Shown here: positions 1 through 14,700 of the stretch, piece by piece
Layout: the number at the start of each line of letters is the position of its first letter
Position numbering within the stretch: position 1 is the first letter of the stretch
The notes under the pieces: model-generated
What the model saw: only the letters and a program-made list of their open reading frames with translations
Databases searched by the model: none
Told to the model about the DNA's origin: nothing
NCBI GenBank assembly: GCA_038087875.1
Contig: CM075980.1
Coordinates: 11,842,001-11,906,000 of the forward strand
Origin: Malacoraja senta
Taxonomy: Eukaryota
DNA length: 64,000 nucleotides
Reading direction: 5' to 3'
Made by a program: the position numbers and the translations under genes

Positions 1-1959
1 ATGCAGCACCATGACTTCCTTACATTTGTACATCATGCCCCATCTGATGCAGGCAAGCATATCATATGCCTTATTTACCACTTTGTCTACTTTTGTTTCT
101 ACTTTCCAGGAGCTATGGACTTGTATCCCGAGATCCCTCTGTACATCAATGTTGTCAAGGGTCCTGCCATTAACTCTTCCTCTTATATTTCCTCTTCCTC
201 TTATACTTCTTATATTTGGCCTCAAAGTGCCTCGCAGAAATATCCAGTCTGCTTTAACCATCCTCTTACCATTAAGTCACTATTTGACCTAAGTTTTTCA
301 ATCTCAAATTAAATGTGCTAATACTCTACAATCTTATCCAGAGGATCCTTTAGCGTGAGATCATTAATTATCCTGTCTCATTGCACATGCCCACATGTGA
401 AATGACCCATTGTTTGGTGGATGAGCAGCGGGGAAGCTACTAGGATCCAAACACGTTGCCTGTATCTGTCCTATGCACTCATCCTCTGTGATTTATCCAA
501 TCTTATTGAATACTTTTTTTGCCCAAGATTATTATAGTACCTTCTTTCTTATGAGCCCCCTAAATGCAGCTTGATCAAGGCAATTACTATCACATGTCTA
601 CTAACTGGTCCCTTTTGATGACTTCCATTTATTTCTTCTCTATCAAAATTGAATCTATGCCATGAACTTCTGAATAAAGATCTTCTCTCACTGAGATCCA
701 CCACCTTCCAAAATATTAGGTGCCCAGGCATATTCAGTTCCTAGCCTTGCTCACCTTGCAACCGCTTTTGGTAATGACTGTCACATTGTTTATTCCTAAT
801 AGTGTCATGTCAGAGTGTCATCAATTTATTTGGTTCAGTTGCTTTGCACATTACTGAGCTTTTCATTTTATCGCCTTCTCCCTTCTCTATTTGCATTTCA
901 TGCTTAAGTTTGTAAGTTTTGCCCCTCTCTGTCTCACTCTGATTATCATTACCCCTCTTGCCGATCAGCATTACAGTTGTCCTTTTCAATAACTTCAAAT
1001 GTCCCCTTACATGAACCTTTATCAGATCTCTTTGTGATCTCCCTTGCTGTAAAAACCACCCAGCTTTTCCAATCTGTCCAGTTTATTCAGTTAATCAGAT
1101 CATTTACCAGTGAATTAGATCATGACTGGTCGGACCTCCATCTAACTGCCTTGATTTCTCAATGGTTCTATACCTTGCGCACGTACCGATTGAAAGAATT
1201 GAGGAGAAACAGGCCTGTACAGAATACTCCTTCTAATCTGGACATGTTAAATACCTTTTGTTCCAACCACTGCGTGTTGTGTTCATGTTCCACTTGCTTT
1301 CTCCCATGTAGACAGGATTGGAGGAGATGTGGAGGATAAATATCTCTTTCTCCTGACTCCTTGGGTCCTCTCCACCCACAAATCAGAAGTGCCTGGCATA
1401 GTCCCCAGTTACCTGGATGAATGTACCACCAAACAAGCCAGCACCAGCTACGACTAAGCAGCCTGTTTGGTTGGCACCGCATGTGGCAGCTTCATTATTT
1501 GTTGCCTCCCCTACTGTCTACAGTGTATATTATCTACAAATGCACTTGAATCACTCTCCTGGAGTAGTCCCAAGAACGTCTCCCAAACCAGGACATGGGC
1601 AACATGCACATGAGAACACCGCATTTGGAGGTTCCTTCCATCCTCTCTGGACTTGGACATGTGTTACTTGGTCTACATTCTGGAACTTACCATGCAATAG
1701 TCTTCATCTATCAAAGTCCCTTTGAAAGGAAACAAAGGCAGACTTGACTTTGTATATAGTACCTGTCCTAAGTACTTTACAGGTAACAGAGTATGGATTA
1801 GGGACACGGTTCAACCCATTATGACCGCTGTCATATAAGGTCATGGCTGATTTCATTGTAACCTTACATCTGTCTACCATGGTAGCCACCATGTAGTTGG
1901 TTACACTACCATGTACTGTATATAATGGTAACTGTATCATTAAGAACTGAGAACCAGGC

Positions 1960-2930
1960 GGTGTTATTTGAATCGTGATATATTCATATCTTATCAGTCT
2001 CATGAATATGTGTGTGAGTATGCACAGTGTACTTTTGTAAAATAAAGAAGACCGACACTGGCAAATGCTTGACTGAAACCTGTCTTTGTTTCTGTCTACT
2101 TGCCACTACTGTAATATCTTATACATAGCGACAAGTATCCAATTGAATTTGTTAACTCAACCTTTAAATTCTGCGCAGGATTGTTTTAACAATATGCAGT
2201 AGAGTTTAACATTTTACACGGCAAATACGGAGCTGTGTCGCAAGTGTTTCTGAACTGGACAAAATAGACTGTAGATCCATCTATGCACTGTAGTGTAAAA
2301 CAGCAACTGCACGAATCATCTAGAGATTGTCAGGCTCTCTTTGTGTTATGTCTATGTGACAAAATGGCATCCATAAGATACATCGGCCGAATAGGGATTT
2401 TCGACAAGAACCATGAAACCTTTAGCTCGTACTGTGAGCGACTGGAAATGTTTTTTAGTGCAATTAATATTATTGAAGCTGAAGAAACAGAGGGCGGTGA
2501 TCAAGTGCAGGTAATAGCACAAAACAAGGCAATTGGAACGCAAAAAGGCCATTCTATTAACTGAAATTGGTTCTGAGGTTTATGTATCTCGCACCAAAAT
2601 CCTAGTCCCAGAGAAAGCAAAACAGATTTCATTTGAGACTGTTGTTGATGCTCACTTCAACCCTACGCCCATAGAGATTGCAGAAAGATACAAATTTCAC
2701 ACACAAAAAAACAAGTCTGATGAGTCTGTGAGTGAGTACATTGAAGAAGTTGTCTCTACACTGCAATTTTGGGACATTTCTGAATCGAGTTTAGTGTGAT
2801 AGATGTGTATGTGGATTGCTGGAAGAGGGAATCCAATCAAAATTACTGAAAACACCAGCCCTTACCTTTGATTTGGCATGCAAAACAGCCTTGGCATCTC
2901 AAAGCGCATGTGAGTTTCGACCAACACCGT
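1960..2930 (+). mobile_element. Degenerate Gypsy-type LTR retrotransposon 5' part (LTR, PBS, gag)
   Basis: AATAAA at ~2041, then ...CA|TAGCGACAAG, PBS-like, at 2126. Frameshifted gag-like peptide: IGIFDKNHETFSSYCERLEMFF..KAILLTEIG..HFNPTPIEIAERYKFH. Confidence 0.75.
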
Positions 2931-3621
2931 AATATCTTCCACCTTTCACCCCCTTACATATCAAGTATCCATCTTCCGCTGTCTTAAGAATATCCAAAGC
3001 CTCTGCACTCATTGTCCTTTGGGATGCAGGAAATCCTGGGGGCGTTCACACAGCAGGTTTTCACAAAGAGAACTCGTGATAGGATCATCTGCTTTGGTGA
3101 TGTCGGGATCACTACTGATTAGGACTCTGGGTATCCTAACTCTACAGCTTTTCAAAGTAATGTTGTGTGCTCTTTAGCATCCACCTTGGAGAACAATATT
3201 AATTAACAAATCATCTGAAGCATAATTTCTCGCAACAGCCCTAGATTTTTCTGCATGCATCTTTAGAGTGGGACGTCCTGTAACCCTTGTGACTGAGACA
3301 TGGCTGATGGCTCTCTGTTTACATTATTTACTATGACTAGCTCAGTACAGTAAACATATACAAGTTATGTAGCTTTGTCTCAATTTTTTAATTTGTCATT
3401 GATAGCTGCACTGTTTGCCCCTACAGAGGGCCAGTATTAGTTGCTGCCGTTGGGAGTTTATCCTTCATATCCCTCTTCACTGTTAGTGACCTATTAACCA
3501 CCTCCCTGTCCTTCATTTTTGAAAGTGCTGTGGGTTTTTGTTTCGTCACAAAGAGGTGGTCTGGACCATGTTTGTGCTTGTATTGGTTTTATGTTGAATT
3601 ACTGTCATAATCCCATTTCAG

Positions 3622-3739
3622 GGTTTCCAAGGTTTTGGCTTTGGAGATGGAGGATTCCAGATGTCTTTTGGGATTGGGGCGTTTCCATTTGGGATTTTTG
3701 CAACAGCATTCAACATTAATGACGGCCGTCCGCCTCCAG
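3622..3739 (+). CDS. RNF185: RNF185 E3 ubiquitin ligase, penultimate coding exon (118 bp)
   Basis: ttcag|GGT...CCAG|gtatg. Translates [39 protein letters not shown], matching vertebrate RNF185 as recalled. Upstream exons were not found and probably lie outside the window. Confidence 0.96.
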
Positions 3740-5866
3740 GTATGTGATTTAAAATGACCGTTCTCCACCCCTCCTACATGCTTACTGCTTAGTATGCAAA
3801 TGGTCAGCTCTCCGTTAGAGTTGTATGGTTTGGTCTCCGTTCACATTTGTCTCTGCATATTACAGCATACCACTCGCTAGTGGTGGTAGATGTTCTGGAA
3901 ATGATTGAAGCTGGGAGATGGGCAGGCAGCATATTCAGTTTACAGCTCTCAAAGCAAAATGGCAGTGTTCTGAGGGGTTCTCGGAAAGTCCTAATCCAGC
4001 ATTGTGGTGGCATTCACATCCTCCACTGAAATAACTAATGTCAACTATTTTGTCATAGAGCTGTACAGCGCAGAAACCACATTGACCAGCCAGCGAAGTT
4101 AGGATTACTGGACTAGCTCCCTATTCCTGCATTTGGCCCATAGACGAGTGAAAAAGTTGCCCCTGGGATCCTTCTTAAATCTCGCCCCTCTCACCTTAAG
4201 CTTATGCCATCTAGTGTTAGAAACCTCTACCTTGGGGAAATCCATGCCGCTCATGATCTTGTACACCTCAATAATGTCACTCCTGGGCCTCCTACAATCC
4301 AAAGAAAAAAGCAGAGGACCAAGACTCGTCATCAGACCTCAAGCTCGGTCTTGGTCTTTACATTGCAGATGCAGGTGTGGAAGCCAGGGGCAAGCTGATC
4401 TACACACAGCATATCTTCAGAACCACCAGCTGGTCAACAGCATGATTCAACACATTTGCACAAGATGACCCTCATCAAGGTTTCTTTAATCAACACAAAA
4501 TGCTGGAGTAACTCAGCGGGTCAGGCAACATCTCTGGAGAAAAGGAATAGGTGACATTTTGGGACTGAAAGGTAGAGAAAGCCAGAACAAAGCAGGGCCG
4601 GCAACAGATGACCTCAGGAAGGGTGGAGCCCATAATGGCCCATTGGTGGCTTGGGAAGATATACTAACGAGAGGAATACGGAATACAAGGATGTGAACAG
4701 TGGAGCCAGTAGGACGACTGTGTGGGGGGGGGGAGAAGCCAGGTTTACTTTCAACACTCAAAATAGAACAACAAGCCATTTATTTAATGCTCTTTGTTTA
4801 AATATTGTGCCTGTCATGTAGAGTGAACATGCTTACTGCTACAGACAGTTACTTCAGAGAGGATCTGTCAAGAAGAGCTGTGTGCACATAGTCTTGGCTT
4901 TGATCAGTTTAAGGTGATTAGCTCTTGTGAGCTCTTGAGTTAGACTATTTTTAGTGTTGCGGACCTGCTGTTGTGCTGATACATCAATATGCTCTTGTTA
5001 TTTTATATTAATATGTAACACATTAACCCATTGTTTTCTTGTAAGTGTAAACCTTGTGCAGCCACATAATTCTGTCATTATTTTTCTCATGTTTCTGTTT
5101 ATCCCACATTTATCTGATGCCCTTAGTTGCGTTCTTTGCATTCAGTTCATCTCACCGTCTGGCTCGGTGTTTAAACTTACCATTTCTTCGCACGGTTTGT
5201 AAGCTTAGACAGATTATAACATCAGAGAAACAGCTTGTATTAGTGCTAAGAATGTCAGAGACCTTACTCAGCGCTTCTCGGTCGTGGTCTTTATGCTAAT
5301 CCTTTGTCTACATGCCTCGCCTCAAAAACCTTTTGGTATAGTCTTGCAACTTTTCATCAGGACAGACATTTAGACTGCATTATTTTGCCCTTTGGATTGT
5401 CTCCATTGTGTTTGCTCCTTTGAGAACTCCAAAGGCAATAAGCTTTATTATCTTGAACTGCAAGCACACAAAGAATCATGAATACTAGCCATTCCTGAGG
5501 ATTAGCCTTGTGAAGCTTTATCTTCAGCTTTTTGCTTCCGTTTTATCTGAGCCAACCTTATTGTGTTACACGTATGCTCCATCTTGGACTCGCTGTGTGC
5601 ATGTTTCCATGTTTGTCCCTAATGTGTAGGATAATGCTAGTGTACAGGGTGATTGCTAGTCGGCGCCGACTCAATGGGCCAAAGGGCCTGTTTCCATGCT
5701 GTATCTCTAAAAGACGAAACAAGCCCTGTGAAAGCAGTGACCATACTTAAGACTGATTAATTGCCTGTAAAGTACCCAATGAAAGGTGCCATCTTGAGAG
5801 TCTATCTGTATTTAATGATCTCCAACTGGTGGATTCTCAGTGTGTTTTTCCTCTCTTGTCCCGCAG

Positions 5867-5964
5867 CAGTCCCTGGAACGCCGCAGTTTGTGGATGAACA
5901 ATTCCTGTCTCGTCTTTTCCTCTTCGTGGCTCTTGTAATTATGTTTTGGCTCCTCATTGCCTAA
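5867..5964 (+). CDS. RNF185: RNF185 last coding exon (C-terminal TM helix, stop)
   Basis: Polypyrimidine tract plus ccgcag|CA GTC. Translates (A)[31 protein letters not shown]. Phase 1 fits the previous exon. Confidence 0.96.
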
Positions 5965-8849
5965 GGACAAAATGGCAGCGATCCTTAACTTGTCTGAAAT
6001 GTGGCAATGAACTATCCCAGGTTTCTGTGTTTTTCTACCTTTGGATACCTATTGGGTACAAAAATCAGATCTAATAAGTAACTAAAATCAGCTTCTAAAG
6101 GGATATGCTTTGATGGACTGTGAATGTGATTAAAAGGCTCCTTTTTCTTGGGCTGTAATTCTGTGGCAGTGTCCATTTCAGTATGGATGAGTGGTGTGCC
6201 TGCTCACCTCACTGAAAGTTTTTGGAGGTCTGTATCTTAATTCAATCACTGCTACACTGTCATTTTGAAAAGGGCCAAAGTACTTGTTACTTAGCAGAAG
6301 GACTGGCCCTTGAAATGAAACAGCTCAGAGATTTAAGACATGTCGGTAGCAGCACGTATCTGTGTGTTTGGTTGATATAACCATTTGATGAAGGCAAATG
6401 TATAAACACCACTCAAGGACTTGAATACGCAGTTCAACCCAATGTTGAGAGCCTATCTGCCTGCTCAATGAATAAAGAAATTCCTACAATACAATTTAAA
6501 GAAGGACTGGGAACTCGGTGAAAAACATTGATATGTATTGATCATTGCTTATGGGAATCTCACTGTACATGAATTGACTGCCATGTTTCCCTACATATTA
6601 GTGACCACACTTCAAATACATTTTTGTGAAAATCTTTGATATAAACTAAGGGTGGTAATAATTGAAATTCCCTATTTGCATAGTTCCAATTTCACCCTGT
6701 TAATCACTGGCAAAGGGGATTTGTAGTCTTTCATCTGCAAAGTTGCGTGTCAGTCAGGTATCCTGTTCTCCCCATTTCTGCTCATGCTAACATTGAATGG
6801 GTTTCTCAGTGACAGATTACCTACTCAGGTGGCTGCATCGATGGATTTATTTTTATTAATTGTTCAGGGGACCTGGACCCTGATGGCAATTATTGTCCAT
6901 CCCTGACTGCCCTTTGAACATGTAGTGGACGTTTCAGAGAGCAGTTAAGTCTGATCACTTTGGTGTGTCTACAATTGCAAGTAGACGGGACTGGGTAAAA
7001 ATAGCAAGTTTATTTGGCCTTACCCCGAAATCTAAGCCTGAGCACGCGGAGCAAGGCTGCAACCCCAACTGGGATCTTGCAGTTGTTTAAAGGTCCAGTC
7101 CAGGCGACCGTGTTTGATCGGAATCCCCACTGGAGTTGAAACCAGATGTACCAGGCTGCCGAATGATGTTGGCCATAGAAGATGTGGCCATCCTTGGAAC
7201 CTGATTCACCCATGGTAATGGCGTGGAAAAAATGAGTTACAGATGGGTGAGGGCGGAACTGCCTCCATTGTGTGGAGGCTGGGGAGATGGTTCTGTCCTT
7301 CAGTTTGGTGAATTAGTGGAGCTCCTGGAAGTGATTGGGATTACCCATGCCCTGATGGGTTGACAATGCAGTGAGAGAGTATCAGCGTGAACTGAATATG
7401 GGTGGCAATTAAAGTATCAAAAAGTATTTTAAATTTAATATCCTGTTTCTGGCTTTATCAGATGTCAAATAAATATTGAACATTGATCTACTGATGACCT
7501 ATTGTAATTTCTTTATCCTGATTAATGGAAAAATCAAAACATTTTATTCACTGAAAACTTTCATTGGTGATAAAGGGTGGAGCTTGGCAAAGTTCTGGAA
7601 TTATGCTTAAGGAGCTTGAATCACCCGGTGGTTGCCTCTGAGGCAGAACCTATTACATTCAACCCAACTCCAGCCTTCATCACACAACTCGGGCAGCAGT
7701 GTGGCACAGCAAGTAAGTGCCAACTTGCAGTTCCATAGAACTAGGTTCAATCCTGAGCTCGGGTGCTGTCTGTGTAGAGTTTGCACGTTGTCTGTGACCA
7801 GGAGGGTTTCCCCTGAATGTGTGGGTTGCTATTTTGATTGGCTGCAGTAAATTGTTCCTAATGTGTGCATGAGTAGCAGAACCAGGGGAAGTTGATGGGA
7901 ATGTGGGGAGAATAAAGTGAATGTTGATGAAAGTGGGAGCTTGATGGGAGGTGCAAATTCAAGGGGACAAATGGGCCCATTTCCATACTGTGTTTGACTC
8001 AATGGTAATACAAATCCAGGCTGGCGCTTCAATTCAGGAGCAGGAGGGTCCACTAAAGTGCTGGTTGTTGGATGAGAAGTGTTCTGCCTGTCTAAAGTGG
8101 CAAAGGTTTCATGTGATGGCTTCTCCCGTAAGTCTGCAATGTTGGCACAAGTGTGCGCAGCTCTGACTTGCTGATTGCCACGGACATCCCCTGTACAGCG
8201 ATTGGAGTACGGCCGTCTCCCACGTTCCTACAGTCACACTACAAAATCTGAGCATGGGCACTTCCACAGGGAGTTGCAATTGCCACGGAGAGAGGCAAGT
8301 TCCAGGAATTTACATCTTAATTTAGTGCGTCCAATGGATGTAATTGCTTTAATATTTAATTGTTTCTAATCTTACATTTTATACATTGAATGAATATATC
8401 TAGTATAATTATTAGTGTAGGAAGAAACAGAAAATTGCTGGTTTACACCGATAGACACAATTCTGGAATAACTCAGCGGGACAGGCAGCATCTCTGCAGA
8501 GAAGGAATGGGTGATGTTTCAGGTCAACCCTTCAGTATAAATAATCTATTCCACAGCATTGATAACTGGTTCAATATGAGAATGGCTAATCTCATTGTCA
8601 AAGCATTTTTGGTGGAAGTTTTAACAAAGTTTATTTCACAAATTAGCTTATGTCATCTCCTACAAAGCCAGGAAAAGTTTTACCAGTTCTGACAAAAGTT
8701 CTTCTACCTGAAATGGTAGCTCTTTCTCTTCCCACAGATGCAACTTGATCACTGTTTCCAGTGTTTTTTTTACATGTTGTAAATTCTCAGCAGTTATTTT
8801 GATTTTCAAAGTTTATCATAACAGTTTGGATAGTAACCATAACTCCTAC

Positions 8850-10010
8850 CTCAACAAGTATGTGGGCACACTACAATCTGCCTACTGCCATAGCAGGTCA
8901 AAGGAGGATGCAATCACACTGGCTCTCCACTCTGCACTAGATCATTTGAACAATAAAAAACACATATGTCAGGCTGTTGTTTATAGATACCAAGCTCTGG
9001 GTCTCTGCACATCCTTCTGCAACTGGATCCTTGACTTTCTCATCAACAGATTTCAATCTGTACAAGTTGGCAGCAACACTTCCTCCTTGATAACCATCAG
9101 TACAGGAGTGCCTCAAGGATGCGTGTTCAGCTCCCTGCTCTACTCACTCTATACTCACTCCATATTCAGATTTGTCAACGACACCGCAGTTGTTGGACAA
9201 ATGACGATGAATGGGAGTATAGGAAGGAGGTCGACTGACTGACCAAATGGTGCCAGAACAACAATCTTGCTCTCAACGTCAATAAAACCAAGGAACTGAT
9301 TGTTGACTTTGGAAGAAGGTCGAGTATCCACAAACCTATCTTCATCAACGGGATGGTTGTGAAGAGAGTCAAAAGTTTCTAATTCCCTAGGCATGCATAT
9401 CTCTGAAGATCTGTCCTGGACCCAGCACATCGATGCAATCATAAAGAAACCCCTCCAAAAACCTATTTTTCCTTAGAAGATTGAGGAGATTCGGTACATT
9501 CACGAATACTCTCCTGAACGTCTACAGGTGTACAGTAAAGAGCATGGTTGCATCATGACCTGGTTCAGCAACTTGAGCGCCCATGATTGCAAATAGTGGT
9601 GAACACTGCCCATTAGTGTTGTAAATAGTGGTGAACTTCACGGGTCCATTGAATAGAGTTGTTACCTCCAAATCAGATTTGTCACAGACCCACACCACCC
9701 TGGCCACACACTCATTTCACTACTGCCATGGAGAAGGTGATATTGGAGCCTGAAAACTGTAATGTCCAGTTTCAGGAACAGCTTCTTCTCTACAACCATC
9801 AGGCTATTGAACACTACAACCTCCAAATAAGCTCTGAACTGCATAGACTTGGGGAGCATTGTTTCTGTCTTTGCGCTATTATATACTGAACGTTTTGGTT
9901 GTTTATTATGGTGTTTACAGAGTACTATTTACGTATCTGTTGTGCTGCTGCAAGAAAGAACTTCATTGTTCCATTTGGGGACATATGGTAATAAAACACT
10001 CTTGACTCTT
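8850..10010 (+). mobile_element. Rex1/Babar-type LINE RT fragment, degenerate
   Basis: LQSAY..RSKEDAITLALHSALDHL..CNWILDFL..TISTGVPQGCV, with frameshifts and a 3' tail. Confidence 0.8.
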
Positions 10011-10039
10011 AAGTTTGTAAGAAGCTATGAAAAGCATGA

Positions 10040-11740
10040 GGAAAGTTTAAATTAAATGTCTGCATTTGGAGAAGACGAATTTCAATATCATGAGGCAGGA
10101 GCTGCCAAATTCAGACTTGGGAGTAACTTCTTGCAGGTAAACCTATGTTTGGCAAACAGGAGTCTTCTAAAAGTGAAATTGTGAGAGTTTGGGGCCAAGG
10201 TGAAGGGTAAGGACATCAAGTCCAGGGCTTGGTGTACAGTAAAGAGCATGGTCCAGGGCTTTCATTTTTAATAAATTGAAGCATTTTGTAAGAATACAAC
10301 AATGAAAATGGGGAAAGCCCTTCAGGAGTATAGTGTGAGGAGGATGCTTACAAGAAATTAGGAGATCAAAGAGTACCATGAAATAGCAATTGGAGATGAG
10401 ATTAAAGATATTCTCAAAACATTTCATAAATATATTGATAGTATAGTGAAAGACTTGGATGCTCCCCATAGAGTGGATGTGGGGAGGATGTTTCCACTAG
10501 TGGGAGAGTCTACGAGTGGACGTCGTAGCCTCAGTATTAAAGGATGTTCCTTTAGGAAGGAGATGAGGAGGAATTTATTTAAAGAGGGTGAATCTGTGGA
10601 ATTCTTTGCCACGGAAGGCTGTGGAGGCCAAGTCAATGGATAGTTTTAAGGCAGAGATAGATAGATTCTTGATTAGTACTGGTTATGGGGAGATAGCAGG
10701 AGAATAGGGTTAGGAGAGATAGATCAGCCATGATTAAATGGTAGAATTAATGGGCCGAATAGCCTAATTCTGCTCCTATCACTTATGAGTATGATCATAT
10801 GAGAGTAAGAGGGTGACCAGGAAAAGAGCAGGGCCTGTTAGGAACCAACTGAGCCAGAGGATGTGTTGAGGTGCTAAATTAATATTATTTATCTGTATTC
10901 AGTAAATATTGTAGATGGAAATTTCAATTGGGATGATGACATTCTAGAGGACTAACTAAAAAGACAGATGTGCTAGTGGGCATAAAGGTGGATGACTCCA
11001 CAAGATGTCTAGAGATTTATCCCAGGATGCTATGGGAGGCAGAGGAGATGATAGCTGGAACCCTAACAAAGATATTTAAATCTCATATTTAAATCTCATG
11101 CACCTCAATTGGGCAGTCTACATCCCGGGGGCCTGAACATTGAATTCTCCCAATTCTGCTAGCCCTTGCTGTCCCCTCCCCTTCATCAGCCATCTGGTTG
11201 TCTCCTCCCCTCCCCCAGCCCTCGGGCTCCTCCTCCGCCTTTTTCCTTTTTTCCTTTCTTCTCCCCACCCCCTATCAGTCTGAAGAAGGGTTTCGGCCCG
11301 AAACGTTACCTATTTCCTTCGCTCCATAGATGCTGCTGCACCCGCTGAGTTTCTCCAGCTTTTTTGTGTTCCTTCGATTTTCCAGCATCTGCAGTTCCTT
11401 CTTTAACATATTTAAATCTTAGCTGGTTACAGGTGAGGTACCAGAAGACAGCAAATGTGTGCCATTACACTAAAAAACAGAGAGCAGGGTTAATCCAGAT
11501 AATCGCTGGCCAGTTAGTCAGGGGTAGGGAACTTAATGTAAAATACTCCGAGTGATTGTATTAATCTACACTTAGAAAGACAGGGATAGCCAGCATGGAT
11601 TTGTAGGTGGGAGATCCTTTCTGACTAATTTAGTTTGTTGAAGAGGTAACTGAATGGGCAGTGGGGTTCATGTTTACTGGAGCTTGAGTAAGTCTTGGAC
11701 AAGATCCCACATGGAAGGTTAGTCCAAAAGATCAGATCCC
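10040..11740 (+). mobile_element. Old CR1-type LINE fragments with nested insertions (host of the young CR1)
   Basis: Degenerate CR1 ORF2-like DNA that resumes after 14825. Contains a CR1 3' end at ~10446-10790 and a Penelope-derived insert. Confidence 0.65.
11098..11406 (+). mobile_element. Penelope-like element-derived short insertion with TSD catatttaaatct
   Basis: Begins with the GIY-YIG C-terminal remnant (ttgggcagtctacatcc..ttgaattctcc). Near-identical to 53540-53817. Confidence 0.75.
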
Positions 11741-14700
11741 ATATAACCATATAACCATAACAGCACGGAAACAGGCCATCTCGGCCCTTCAAGTCCGTGC
11801 CGAACATTTTTTTTAATTTTTTTATTTAATTAAAAATAAATACTTCCCCCTAGTCCCATCTACCTGCACTCAGACCATAACCCTCCATTCCTTTCCCGTC
11901 CATATACCCATCCAATCTATTTTTAAAGGATAAAATCGAACCAGCCTCCACCACTTCCACTGGAAGCTCATTCCACACAGCTACCACTCTCTGAGTAAAG
12001 AAGTTCCCCCTAATGTTCCCCCTAAACTTCTGTCCCTTAATTCTCAAGTCATGTCCCCTTGTTTGAATCTTCCCTACTCTCAATGGGAAAAGCTTATCCA
12101 CGTCCACTCTGTCAAACCCGCTCATAATTTTAAAGACCTCTATCAAGTCCCCTCTTAACCTTCTGCGCTCCAAAGAATAAAGACCTAACTTGTTCAACCT
12201 TTCTCTGTAACTTAGTTGCTGAAACCCAGGCAACATTCTAGTAAATCTCCTCTGTACTCTCTCAATTTTGTTGACATCCTTCCTATAATTAGGCGACCAA
12301 AATTGTACTCCATACTCCGGAATTGGCCTCACCAACGCCTTGTACAATTTTAACATTACATCCCAACTTCTATATTCAATGCTCTGATTTATAAAGGCCA
12401 GCACACCAAAAGCTTTCTTTACCACCTTATCTACATGAGATTCCACCTTCAGGGAACTATGCACAGTTATTCCTAGATCCCTCTGTTCAACCGCATTCCT
12501 CAATTCGCTACCATTTACCATGTACGTCCTATTTTGATTTGTCCTGCCGAGATGTAGCACCTCACATTTGTCAGCATTAAACTCCATCTGCCATCTTTCA
12601 GCCCACTCTTCCAAATGGCCTAAATCTCTCTGTAGACTTTGAAAATCTACTTCATTATCCACAACACCACCTATCTTAGTATCATCTGCATACTTACTAA
12701 TCCAATTTTCCACACCATCATCCAGATCATTGATGTACATGACAAACAACAGTGGACCCAACACAGACCCCTGAGGCACCCCACTAGTCACCGGCCTCCA
12801 ACCTGACAAACAGCCATCCACCATTACTCTCTGGCATCTCCCATTCAGCCACTGTTGAATCCATCTTGCTACTCCACCATTAATACCCAACAATTGAATC
12901 TTCTTAACCAACCTTCCATGAGGAACCTTGTCAAAGGCCTTACTGAAGTCCATATAGTCAACATCCACTGCTTTACCCTCATCAATTTCCCTAGTAACCT
13001 CTTCGAAAAATTCAAGAAGATTAGTCAAGCATGACCTTCCTGGCACAAATCCATGTTGACTGTTCCTAATCAGACCCTGCTTATCCAGATGCTTATATAT
13101 ATTATCTTTAAGTATCCTTTCCATTAATTTGCCCACCACTGACGTCAAACCAACAGGTCTATAATTGCTAGGTTTACTCTTCGAACCCTTTTTAAACAAC
13201 GGAACAACTTGCGCAGTATGCCAATCCTCCGGCACTATTCCCGTTTCTAATGACATTTGGAATATTTCTGTCATAGCCCCTGCTATTTCTACACTAACTT
13301 CCCTCAATGTCCTAGGGAATATCCTGTCAGGACCTGGAGACTTATCCGTTTTCATATTTTTCAAAAGTGTCCGCACCTCCTCTTCTTTGAATCTCACAGT
13401 TTCCATTGCTACTCTGCTTGTTTCCCTTACCTCACATAATTCCATATCCTTCTCCTTCATGAATACCGAAGAAAAGAAATTGTTCAATATCTCCCCCATC
13501 TCTTTTGGCTCTGCAGATAGCTGTCCACTCTGACTCTCTAATGGACCAATTTTATTCCTTGTTATCCTTTTGCTATTAATATAGCTGTAGAAACCCTTTG
13601 GATTTACTTTCACCTTACTTGCCAAAGCAACCTCATATCTTCTTTTAGCTTTTCTAATTTCTTTCTTAATATTCTTTTTACATTCTTTATACTCCTCAAG
13701 CACCTCATTTACTCCATGCTGCCCATAATAATTGTAGATCTCTCTCTTTTTCCGAACCAAGTGTCCAATTTCCCTTGAAAACCATGGCTCTTTCCATTTT
13801 TTACTATTTCCTTTCAACCGAACAGGGACATAAAGATTCTGTACTCTTAAAATTTCACCCTTAAATGTCCTCCATTTTTCTTCTACATCCTTCCCATAAA
13901 ACAACATGTCCCAATTCACTCCTTTTAAATCCTTTCGCATCTCCTCAAAGTTAGCCTTTCTCCAAACAAAAATCTCAACCCTAGGTCCAGTTCTGACCCT
14001 CTCCATAATTATATTGAAACTAATGGTATTGTGATCACTGGACCCGAAGTGCTCCCTGACGCATACCTCCGCCACCTGCCCTGTCTCATTTCCTAACAGG
14101 AGGTCCAGCACTGCCCCTTCTCTAGTAGGTACCTCTATGTATTGCTGCAAAAAACTATCTTGCACACATTTTACAAACTCCAAACCATCCAGCCCTTTTA
14201 CAGAATGTGTTTCCCAGTCTATGTGTGGAAAATTGAAATCTCCCACAATCACTACCTTGTGCTGACTACTAATATCTGCTATCTCCTTACATATTTGCTC
14301 TTCCAATTCTCGCTCCCCATTTGGCGGTCTATAATACACCCCTATAAGTGTTGCTACACCTTTCCCATTTCTCAGTTCCACCCAAATAGCCTCCCTAGAC
14401 GAGCCCTCTAATCTATCCTGCCAAAGCACTGCTGTAATATCTTCCTTGACAAGCAATGCAACACCCCCACCTCTTGCCCCTCCAATTCTATCACCCCTGA
14501 AGCAACGAAATCCTGGAATATTTATTTGCCAATCACAGCCCTCCTGCAACCATGTTTCACTGATCGCCACAACATCATACTTCCAGGTGTCAATCCAGGC
14601 TCTAAGCTCATCCACCTTTCTTACAATGCTTCTAGCATTAAAATATACACATTTAAGAAACCCACCACCACTTATTCTCTGTTTATTATCTTTTTCTTCT

